Below are positions 11,275 through 20,915 of a stretch of 21,178 bases of DNA, piece by piece. The translations under genes and the position numbers were made by a program. The stretch's first letter is position 1; each line of letters opens with the position of its first letter. The DNA is taken from NCBI RefSeq assembly GCF_006345805.1, contig NW_021823763.1, positions 1 through 21,178 on the forward strand, given 5' to 3'. The notes below the pieces were generated by a model. The model searched no databases. It saw only the letters and a program-made list of their open reading frames with translations, and had not been told where the DNA came from. The stretch comes from Octopus sinensis. Lineage: Eukaryota.

Positions 11275-11314
11275 ACTGTTACTCAGAATTTCAGGTTGCC
11301 GTTTGTCCAACAGT
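11275..11314 (-). ncRNA. Degenerate hammerhead motif (mirror arm)
   Basis: Minus strand ACTGT-TGGACAA-ACG(GCAA)CCT-GAAA-TTCTGAG-TA-ACAGT. Stem I is perfect but the CUGANGA core is mutated, so it is probably inactive. Confidence 0.55.
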
Positions 11315-11356
11315 TGTAATCATACTAAATTAAAATTTTAATTTAGCATCATCACA

Positions 11357-11396
11357 ACTGCCTGACGAACGGTAACGTGAAACTCTGTGTAACAGT
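11357..11396 (+). ncRNA. Minimal type I hammerhead ribozyme motif
   Basis: ACTGC-CTGACGA-ACG(GTAA)CGT-GAAA-CTCTGTG-TA-ACAGT. Core nucleotides are intact, stem II is 3 bp plus a tetraloop, the cleavage triplet is GUA, and stem I pairs 4/5. Confidence 0.7.
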
Positions 11397-11781
11397 CTGT
11401 GAAGACTTTTTTCTGTTTTAATAAGGTGTGTAAGCATGTATGTATATATATATATATATTTAGCAGCACTGGCACCTCCAAGATTGAGTGCTCTCAATGA
11501 TAATGGTGCGAAACCACGATGATGTTTTGGTTCATTTACTAATGAAGAAAATTCAGCTGCGTATATTCCGTGTATCATGTCTTTGTCTACATTCCCCGTC
11601 CGTTAAGTTTTCGTCTAGTTTCCCGTTTACTCTACTTTGGTCCAACTTTTTCTCCTTGTGTTCTGTATTTGTAATTCTATATACATACATACATACATAC
11701 ATAATACATACATACATACATACATACTACATACATACATACATACATACACACATACATACATGCATACATACATACATA

Positions 11782-11869
<88 letters not shown>

Positions 11870-12519
11870 TGCATATACATACCTACATATATATACACAC
11901 ACATATATACACATAGAGACGCATAGGGAAAAAGAGAGAAGAGAGAGGTACAGAAAGAAAGCAATTCGTGCATCAGCCCTGTGCTTCTCTAATAAAGACT
12001 TTGTGTGTATATCTATTTACATGTATGTATATATATTTACTTACCTGTATGTATATAAATAATATCTATGAGCAAATGCATGGGTGTGTATGTATTAATG
12101 CATGCGATTCGTTGTATTTATTACTCCGTTCACAATAGCTCATAGCTGTAGTAACATACACACGGCACCGAGTCGGGTAAAGTTTCAAAAGTATGTGTAG
12201 TAATTACGGCAAATATTTCAGCCTCTTACAGACAGCAATAATACGCCTAGTCCCCACTTTTCTAATGTTCGTACATGTATATGTGTAAACACACACACAC
12301 ACACACACACCCACGAGTACGCACGAACGCACACGTATATATCAACACTCACACACACCCCAACACTGATGTGTATGCTCTAGTACCAATTCACCGACAA
12401 ATATATTAACATAAATGTTTATGATAGCCTCTACTTAAGACTCACGTGGGTACTTGTGTGTACACATGTACGTTTGTATGTGTGTATATGTGTGTGTAAA
12501 CACTATAGACATTCTTCTT

Positions 12520-12975
12520 CTTCTTCATGATGATGATGACCACCACCACCACCACCAACCATCATCATCGTCGTCGTCGTCGTCACCATTATCAGTATTA
12601 TTAGCATTGTTCATCGTTTGGTAATTTCAGTCAAATTACCTGCTGCGTCACCTGCTGGGGTGTGTGCAGCATTGTGTGTTATTTTTGTTGTTGTTGGGTG
12701 TGTGCAAACTCTTCCCGGTATTGTATTGCATCAGTTTTTCCTTTCTCTTTTGTTTTTGAGGTGTGGTGCAGTCTTTTGTTGTATTGGTGTTGTGTGTGTG
12801 TGTTGTATACGCGTTGGATACGCGTTGGATACGCGGCTTGCTGGTGGTAGTTTATTTCAGTGGATATCTGCTGCTGTTGTTTTTGTTGTTGTTGTTGTTG
12901 TTCTTCTTCTTCTTCTTCTTGTTCTTCTTCTTCTTCTTCTTCTTCTTCTTCTTCTTCTTCTTGTTATTATCATAT
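12520..12975. repeat. Mixed trinucleotide tracts (CTT, GAT, CAC, CGT; GTT, CTT) flanking a GT-rich segment
   Basis: Directly visible. The 12880-12975 tract abuts the 3' end of the R4-like element. Confidence 0.85.
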
Positions 12976-12977
12976 TA

Positions 12978-13460
12978 AAACTCACAGCTTATTTTGCTGG
13001 GTGTGATGGAAAGTGTCAGCTGTCCACAGCTAACATACTAAGGTGACACTTGTTTGCTGGTCGTGCTTCAAGAACCCTGCGAAGAAATCTTGCAGCTCCA
13101 AGCAATGCTGATTTTTGTAGATGCTCTACCTGCACACTTGCATCAATCTTTTCCAGCCATGTTGCTACCTGAGTGCTAAAACTTCTAAGTGCGCCAATTA
13201 CTATTGGTATCATCTCTACTCTCATCCGTATTTCCCCCTTCAAACCGTCATAGTTGTTTATTTTTCCTTCTTTCACATTGGTCTTGTTGTCACCGGGGCA
13301 TGCTATGTCGATTATCATACATGTTCTTTCTTTTTCATTCACCACAACAGTCCGGCTCCTGATGTCTGGTCAAGTGATCGCACGATCATTGTATCCCACA
13401 AGATTTTGCAATTCTCATTTTAGGTCACTCCTTCCAATCGTTTCGGTCTTGCTTTTGGAA
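12978..13460 (-). mobile_element. 5'-truncated RLE-type non-LTR retrotransposon (R4/Dong-like), pseudogenised
   Basis: Translation EGVT*NENCKILWDTMI/CDHLTRHQEPD/VVVNEKERTCMIIDIACPGD...KINNYDGLK..IPIVIGALRS....LQKSALLGAARFLRRVLEA is a PD-(D/E)xK restriction-like endonuclease C-terminus. A ~90-nt 3' UTR and a trinucleotide tail follow. Confidence 0.9.
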
Positions 13461-13514
13461 TTATTATAATATCTAACACCTGATCAACTCAGATAAAGCA
13501 GAACAATGATCAAA

Positions 13515-13675
13515 AGCATTCCAGCCGCGACCATCCTGTCGGCATTTAAGGACATATAGGTGAACTACACTGTCTAATATGTCCTTTACTTATTTACGAC
13601 GGTAGAGTAAGATTTGAAGAAGAATTGGCTGCTATTTCAGTGCAGCTCTAGCGACCACAGAGGATCTTTTTACCC
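13515..13675 (+). repeat. Diverged interspersed repeat carrying the (T)TGGCTGCTATTTCTAGC motif
   Basis: The motif at ~13612-13650 recurs at ~9900-9935 (+) and at ~8715-8740, ~4828-4842 and ~121-137 (-). Element class undetermined. Confidence 0.5.
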
Positions 13676-13842
13676 GTTAGCTAAAATATTCCCCCGTTTT
13701 CTGTATAATTTCCATTTACCAAATTCTATTCACCCAATATTGATACCAGCATGTCACATGCCCAAAATGCCACACTTGTCGGCTAGAAGCCAGAACCCTA
13801 TGGCAGCAAAGCAGACTTGAAACGACACAACTATGCGCAGAC

Positions 13843-13928
<86 letters not shown>
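13843..13928. repeat. Perfect (TG)n microsatellite, about 42 units
   Basis: Directly visible; other long (TG)/(CA) tracts lie at 4884-4935 and 5296-5351. Confidence 0.97.
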
Positions 13929-13930
<2 letters not shown>

Positions 13931-14289
13931 CAGCCACAGCTTTGTTGTTATTCAATTAAATTAAGCGATCGATATTTCTTTTATAAAATATAAACATGAT
14001 AAGTGTAAGCCTAATTGCTTGACCTGACTTGATGAAAGATAATTACTCCCAGAAAGCAATAACTCATAACATCTGTAACCCAGTCATGTAGAAGTCGTTT
14101 ATCACATCTGCTCTTACGGCCTATGACATCTGCTACATTCAACAGGACTGTGAAGGCGAATTGGTGCATTTTGAAACATTATAGTTACCGCTGATGGAAT
14201 ATTAATCATGTCTATGGAATCGGTACACAAAATGTTTAGCTATATCAATTCCTCATTTTGTAATTAGATTAATCATATATTTCTTAGAG

Positions 14290-14433
14290 CAGGCATGGGC
14301 AATCTTTTTCGAAAAGTGGACCGTAGGGGACATGACTGATTATCTGGTGAGCCGCACCACCAAAAATTCAAGGTAATTTTCCGCTAGGCGTGCTATTCAG
14401 AAAATTCTGCGGGCAGCGGTTTGCCCACGACCG
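14290..14433. mobile_element. hAT-type MITE, 144 bp
   Basis: TIRs CAGGCATGGGCAA (14290-14302) and TTGCCCACGACCG (14421-14433), 10/13. Flanking 8-mers TCTTAGAG / TTTTAAAG (6/8) fit a TSD. Subterminal GCGGGCAGC/GAGCCGCA motifs. Confidence 0.75.
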
Positions 14434-14779
14434 TTTTAAAGTGATTGAAAACACACAGCATACATAGTCAACGCAACTTTCTAATAGACCAACCTGTTAA
14501 GTAAGATATGCCATAGCCATGCTGCTGTAGTATTTCTTTCCTATATTATATATCAAAATTGTTCCAAACAATAAAATATAGGATAAAACTTACAAATAAT
14601 ATAAAAGGCGCTGTTTTTAGCAAAAGACAGTAGAAAGAAAACTTAATCCTTTCTACTACAGACATAAGGTTAAAAATTTATAGAATCCCTTCAATCTGAT
14701 CTAGATTATTTTTGAAATTCACACGAGCGCGCACACACATGTATGTGTGTGTGGGTGTATATATATATATATATATATT

Positions 14780-14811
<32 letters not shown>

Positions 14812-15020
14812 AGAGATAAATATATATACACATATTCATATACATGCACATATATGTATATATGTGTTTGCATACGTATCTATCTATCTACCTATCTATC
14901 TCTCCCTCTCTTTCTATATATATATAATATATATATACGTGTAATATATATAACATACATATACCCATATGTATATATCTGTATCTGTATATATATATAT
15001 ATTATATATATATATATATA

Positions 15021-15060
<40 letters not shown>

Positions 15061-15124
15061 TATGCATACATATGTGTGTGTGCTGTGCGTATGTGTGTGT
15101 TTGTCTGAATGTGCGTGTACGTAT

Positions 15125-15915
15125 CTTGAATGAGCTGGCGTGAACTGGAGCTAACTTGGTTCCCCTTGCTTTGCCTTTAATTTGTAGTTGATTTTTTTGG
15201 AAAAAGCATGTTAATCTCAAGAATAGGGTTGACAGTGTTTAATATAAAAGTTATAGTAAATCTAGTGGGAATAACTTCTCTATCATTTTTGACGCACTAT
15301 TTTATTGCTGTTATTCCTAAATCATGTTGAATATTTGTCAACAAGCGTACCTCATTCAAACTATCCATCAACTATTCGGTGCAGTTGTTTTAGATAGACA
15401 AGAGAGGAAATCAATGTCACCCAGAATGGAACTTGGTATGCAAATATGATGTCAACAAAATTGCCAAGGCTATGGTAAGATATACCGCACCAGCTTTGAA
15501 AGGTCTAAGTTTCATATCCTTTGGTTGCTGTAATTTCATGTATTCACCGCTTTGTTCCTTCACTGCATTTTCTAATCCTTTGACGTGTATTTTTAGTGAG
15601 CCATAAAAGTTACTGTATTTTCGTTCAGAATTGGTAATGCGACCACTTCCATTAGTGTCAACAAAGTTATACCCTTTTGAAACTACATTACCGAGCCGCA
15701 TCATAATGCGTTGATCTATATTTGTAAGTATTTTATTGTACATGGTTTGCATTCTTCAACCGATCTTCAGCTAAAACCGATAATATTCAGATCCATTATG
15801 ACAATAGTTCCAAATTATCCGTTTGTTTGATGATTATTGTATCAGCGTTTTGGAGATGTTTAAGTGCAGATTTCTCTAGTTTGGTAACATTTGATCTGAT
15901 TTTTGTTTAAGTGAG
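15125..15915 (-). pseudogene. Penelope-like element reverse transcriptase fragment (stops and frameshifts)
   Basis: Manual translation: RSNVTKLEKSALKHLQNADTIIIKQTD/FGTIVIMD ... FYGSLKIH ... LRPFKAG ... NFVDII ... DFLSCL ... LLTNIQHDLGITAIK ... LQIKGKARGTKLAPVHASSF. These correspond to the PLE motifs SNLT..E..AL, KPADKG, FYGLPKIHK, LRPI, SLYTNI and YxQxxGxAMGxxxAP. Confidence 0.9.
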
Positions 15916-16768
15916 AATTTACCTCACGTAAATACTTATATGAGTAACCCATCTCTGACTAAATGCCTTGTGTGTATGTGTGTGTGTGTGTGTATACACG
16001 TATACATATACACACACGCACGCACACATACACACACATATATATACATATACATATCCATATACACATATATACATATATATACATATACACATATATA
16101 TACGCGTGTATAAACATGCATATTAGAATATATACGTATATAAATGACATTAAATCCGAGGTGGTGCTCTCGCCCTCTCTCACACACACACGCACATATA
16201 TATGCACATACATAAATATACACAAACATACTTATTTTACATTTAGTTGGAGGCGGTACTCACGTTCAGTACGCACGAAATAAACATAATTATATAACAT
16301 GGACGCACACGCACACACAATCACACGCGCGCACGCGCACGCACACACACACACAATATTTCCACTCTTTCTCTTGCTATCTGTTGATGTTTATGCATCT
16401 TTCTGTACAACTGAAGGACAATTTAACTAAGTCCTCTAGTTCAGTACTAATACTTTACTAATTATAGCTTACAGTCGACTTATTTTACAAACACACACAC
16501 ACACACACACGCACACACACACTCTCTCTCTCTCACTCACACACACACACACATGCATACGCCCCACCCCCATATATATATATATAGTAAATATTTACTT
16601 TCAATTAGTGTAAACTAATTAGTTAGAGGATACTACCACTTCTGCGAAAATAGTGTCAGATAAGGTATCGGTAACTTAAGACCAGAAATAGTTTCACTTA
16701 ACGAGCAAACTCATAAGGCTGAAAAACTAAAAAAATTTCAGTATTAATGAATTTTTCAGTACCACATT

Positions 16769-16925
16769 GGAGAGCTGGTAGAATTGTTAGCGCGCCGGAC
16801 AAAATGTTTAGCAATATTTCGTCCACCTTCATGTTCTAAGTCGAAATTCTGCCAAGGTCGATTTTGCCGTTCATGATTTTGGGGTCGATGAAATAAGTAC
16901 CAGTTGAGCACAGGAAGTCTATGTT
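16769..16925 (+). mobile_element. SINE family B, diverged copy directly upstream of a younger copy
   Basis: GAGCTGGTAGAATTGTTAGCGCGCCGG..GGGGTCGATGAAATAAGTACCAGTT aligns to 16930-17075. Confidence 0.8.
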
Positions 16926-16929
16926 ATAG

Positions 16930-17150
16930 GGCGGCGAGCTGGCAGAATCGTTAGCACGCCAGGCGAAATGCTCAGCTGTATTTCGTCTGCCGTTACGTTC
17001 TGAGTTCAAACTCCGCCGAGGTCGACTTTGCCTTTCATCCTTTCCGGGTCGATTAAATAAGTACCAGTTACGCACTGGCGTCGATGTAATCGACTTAATC
17101 TCTTTGTCTGTACCCTCTATGTTCAGCCCTCTGTGGGTGGTAAAGAAATA
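16930..17150 (+). mobile_element. SINE family B (subtype 1), near full length
   Basis: GGCGGCGAGCTGGCAGAATCG head (A-box-like 16940-16950), B box 17002-17014, body matching 10488-10714. Confidence 0.9.
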
Positions 17151-17152
17151 AG

Positions 17153-17470
17153 GAGGTGTATGTTATCGACTAGCTCTCTCTCCCCAAATCTCAGGCCTTA
17201 TGCCTATATTTGAAAAAAAAATATTATTGAATTTTCAGTAGTAGCGAATTGGTTGAGGTAATAGGGAAATAGCATCACTGAGGTTCAACCGGTATCTCCC
17301 CGAGATCTGTTTTGCCTTTCATCCTCCAAGGAGTTTGACATATGAGGGGTGAGGGATTGGGATGAAGATCGGCGGGATTGTTAGATGAGATAGATTGCAA
17401 TAAATTTGTGTTCTGGTTCATTGCGTTCAGAGTTCGAATTCTTCCTCGTATTACTGGCCGTTTCATTTCG
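17153..17470 (+). mobile_element. Three further decayed SINE B fragments (17153-17215, ~17240-17340, ~17375-17470)
   Basis: Remnants GTTATCGACT..GGCCTTATGCCTA, GTTTTGCCTTTCATCCT and TTGCGTTCAGAGTTCGAATTC. Confidence 0.55.
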
Positions 17471-17924
17471 GAAATTGTGATGCAAGTATATATATATATA
17501 TATATATATTATACATATACGCCCACATCCACCGATACATACACGCATACATGTGTGTGTATGTTTGTGTGTATATATATATGTATGAATGTATATATAT
17601 TTGAATGTTTGTATGAAGCTGAGTTTATGCATGTTTGCGTACGTACATGGGTAGAAGTGAATGTGTGTGTATGTGTATATGTATGTATGTGTGTGTATGT
17701 GTGTGTGTGCGCGCATGTGCGTAATACATCAGCATACATATATTGAACAAAAAATGTCACAGAAAGGACAAAGGTTTGAAAGTGAAAAACGAAAACAACA
17801 CAAACTACAACTACCACCACCACCACCATTACTGCTACTACAACAACAACAACAACAGCAACAACAACGACAACTACTACTACTACTACAGCAAAACCAT
17901 CTGGTAGTAGTAGTAGTAGTGTTG

Positions 17925-18015
17925 TAATTTCTAACCTAGAGACATAAGGCCAGCTATTTTGAGGAGAGGACAGATGCACAGTCGATTAGATCAGTCTCAG
18001 TATTTGTCTGGTATT
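17925..18015 (-). mobile_element. SINE family B subtype 2, 3' fragment
   Basis: TTTCTAACCTAGAGACATAAGGCCAGCTATTTTGAGG..AGTCGATT matches the 3' ends at 20521 and 20701. Confidence 0.6.
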
Positions 18016-18029
18016 GATATATCTTTGGA

Positions 18030-18060
<31 letters not shown>

Positions 18061-18544
18061 TATAATATATATATTATATATATGCACAAACACACACAAA
18101 CACACACACACAATACACACACATATATATCCATATGTTTGTATATATTTGTGTGTATATGTGTATGTATGTGTCGATGTATTTTCGGTATGTAAGGCTG
18201 TATATGGATTGCACATGTGCTTGAAAAATGTCAAATATACAAACGAGGGTTTGCACATTTTTATCTTTATCTCTCACCAAATCTCTTACACACACACACA
18301 CATATGCGCGCACACACACGTAGTCATGCATACAAACATACAAATATATATGCACACATTCACACGAACACTCAGTTCTTCATATGCATCTGTGTGTGTA
18401 TGCGTGCCCATATATATGCGTGCGTGTGTCTTCGTGCACAAATGCACGCAAACATATATGTATATATATATGGTGGTGCTATTAAGTTAGACATGGCCTG
18501 GACCAATCTTTGGTCGAAACATATCTAAGTTTATGTATATATAC

Positions 18545-18605
<61 letters not shown>

Positions 18606-18614
18606 ATATATATA

Positions 18615-18650
<36 letters not shown>

Positions 18651-18788
18651 TGTATATATATATATACACATATATATATGTACATGTATATATATATATA
18701 TATGTACATGTATATATATATATACATACATACATACATACATATATACATACATATATACATACATATATACATACATATATATGTA

Positions 18789-19150
18789 CGAGCAAAACGC
18801 CCCCGTTCAATGGACGGTGCTAAGTTGTCAAACATTTAAACCAAATTTTCTCAAAACAACTTGTCCGACCGCCCCATAGGCCTCTCCTTTGAGAAACACT
18901 GATTTAACCTAAATTTGAGACACCAGGAAAAGAAGAAATAAAAATAGACTTTTTCTATTGTAAAGAAAAACGATTTTATTCGGCTTTATCGATCGCATTC
19001 TCACCTGGAATCGATTTTTGTAATTTTTCAAGACTTATACACGCCCTGATACCGTCGGTATCTACATATCAAATTTGAGCGCAATCGGATGGAGGATGCA
19101 CGAGATCCTAGAAGACACACAGACAGACAGAATGGATTTTATATAATAGA
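18789..19150 (-). mobile_element. Probable non-autonomous Helitron, 362 bp
   Basis: Minus strand A|TCTATTATATAAAA 5' end followed by (TCTG)n. The 3' end has a GC-rich hairpin (GCACCGTCCA-T-TGAACGGGGGC, 18799-18820) then CTCG|T, one change from CTAG. It lies between A and T with no TSD. Confidence 0.6.
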
Positions 19151-19588
19151 TGTATATTCTCTTATTCTTTTATATGTTTCACCCTTGAGGCTGTCTATAT
19201 GTCTATATATGCTTGCGTGTATTTGTGCACATAGACACACGCACACACAAAGAAATCTCAGGCTAGCAGCGTTTGGAGTCCGAAGATATGTCGTAAGGCT
19301 AAAACCCGTTATAAGCGAGAAACTTAGAGTAACCACATAAACCGTCCTACCCCACTATAATACATACATACATACATATATATACTGTAAATTTCATAGA
19401 ACTCACTCCTAATACTTCATGAGGATAATCAAACCCTCTAGGATGTCTGGAAAACATATATGTGATTTAGCTGATGAAAACTGAACATTTGTATTTGCTG
19501 CAATATTTGCAGCTTCAAATAAAATTGCTCTTAGTATGAAACAATTGTACTAAAACTACTAATCCATTCTTGTTGCTTTTTTTCTTGG

Positions 19589-19678
<90 letters not shown>

Positions 19679-20143
19679 GACACACACACACACATGTGTG
19701 TACGTAAATATGTATGCATGTATGTATGTATGTATGTATCTATCTATCTATTGTCTGCCTGTCTGTGTATCTATCAGTCACTCTCCTTCCTCCCCCCTTT
19801 CTCTCCCTCTTTCTCTGTGAATGTATTTTAATCTTTCTTAGTCGTCTTTTTCAAATGTCCAATATTTGTTGAAATTTCCATTGACAACCATATTTAAGTC
19901 CGTATGTTTGTTCAACCGAGAGAAGCAAGAAAATCTAGACAAATTGAAGAGGTTATACTCTTCACCGTCGATACACTTACACACACACGCGCGCGCGCAC
20001 TTGGTAAATATTTAAAACTAAGCTGTTGTGCGTGTTCATGTATGTGTGTAAGTCTCTCTGTGTGTGTATGTAAGTATAGTGTTTGCTTTCGAAAATAGGA
20101 AACGAACGTCCGGTCTACAAATCTATGAGGTAACGGTAATATA

Positions 20144-20183
<40 letters not shown>

Positions 20184-20198
20184 ACACCACCATCACCA

Positions 20199-20256
<58 letters not shown>

Positions 20257-20279
20257 CGCTGTTGTTGTTGGTAGTGGTG

Positions 20280-20905
20280 ATTTCTAAAGTCTACACATAA
20301 AGTCGGATATTTTGAGGCGAAGAGATGTATTATTGATTAGAATGATTTCGGTATTCGACTGGAATTTATCACCTTGATGCCAAAAAGATAAAATATAAAC
20401 GGGATTCAAGCAGGATTCGAACTCAGAACGTAAAGGGACTTAACGAAATACTATTAGGTTTTTTTTTTTTGTTCTGATGAGTGATTCTGCCATTTTCAAA
20501 AAATTAATAGTAGTTTTGTTTTTCTAATTTAGGTAAAGACCAGCAATTCTAGGGAATGGAGTTAGTTGACACCCTTGACCCTAGTACTTGACTGGTACTT
20601 TATTTTATTGATTTTTTTCCTAGGATCTGAACCCCAAAAGTAAAGAGCTGGAAGAAACGCCACAAGAGTCTTCTGACACTCTAACGGTTCTGCCGATCCA
20701 TTTCTAAATTAGTTTTTAGGCTATCAGTTTTGAGGGGAGGGATTATTCGATACGATCCGCCCTACTGCTTGACTACTATTATATTTGATCGGTCCCGAAA
20801 GGATGAAAGCAAAGTTGACCTCCGTGGGATTTGAACTCGGAACGTAAAGAGACGGAAAGATACAATTAAGTATTCTGTCCGACGCGCAAACGATTCCGCC
20901 TTACA
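20280..20905 (-). mobile_element. Three head-to-tail diverged SINE B subtype 2 copies (~20280-20500, ~20515-20700, ~20701-20905)
   Basis: Each starts TTTCTAA..TTTTGAGG or equivalent on +. The first and third contain GATT(T/C)GAACTC.GAACGTAAAG (reverse-complement B box). Copies end with a GATTC(T/C)GCC-like A-box remnant. Confidence 0.75.
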
Positions 20906-20915
20906 ACTGCTTTTA

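Larger units (their letters stand above)
11205..11425. mobile_element. Palindromic Penelope pseudo-LTR-like element carrying two inverted hammerhead motifs
   Basis: Loopless inverted repeat centred at 11335/11336: a perfect 22-bp core (11325-11346) with arms colinear out to 11266/11405. The outer limits (11205, 11425) are estimates. Confidence 0.7.

Noticed and set aside
12164-12176. GGCACCGAGTCGG, identical to part of the SpCas9 tracrRNA/sgRNA 3' hairpin
   Set aside because: Only 13 nt; the TGC and the rest of the scaffold are absent, and there is no CRISPR array or cas gene. Treated as chance.
12690-12975. ATG-less open frame on the minus strand (poly-E/poly-Q then ISTEINYHQQ..)
   Set aside because: Openness is explained by low-complexity A/C-rich repeats; there are no splice signals or recognisable domain.
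15417-15752. 111-aa ORF with a hydrophobic C-terminus as a host membrane protein
   Set aside because: It is a frameshifted part of the Penelope RT fragment, and the hydrophobic tail is an out-of-frame read.
16675-16725. Minus-strand CTTATGA...GAAAC..GTC hammerhead-like string
   Set aside because: The core is mutated and neither stem I nor stem II pairs.
1065-20205. Most ORFs in the track (YI/HT/CV/poly-M/poly-V/poly-L runs)
   Set aside because: They are translations of di-, tri- and tetranucleotide microsatellites or of SINE bodies, with no domain signal.
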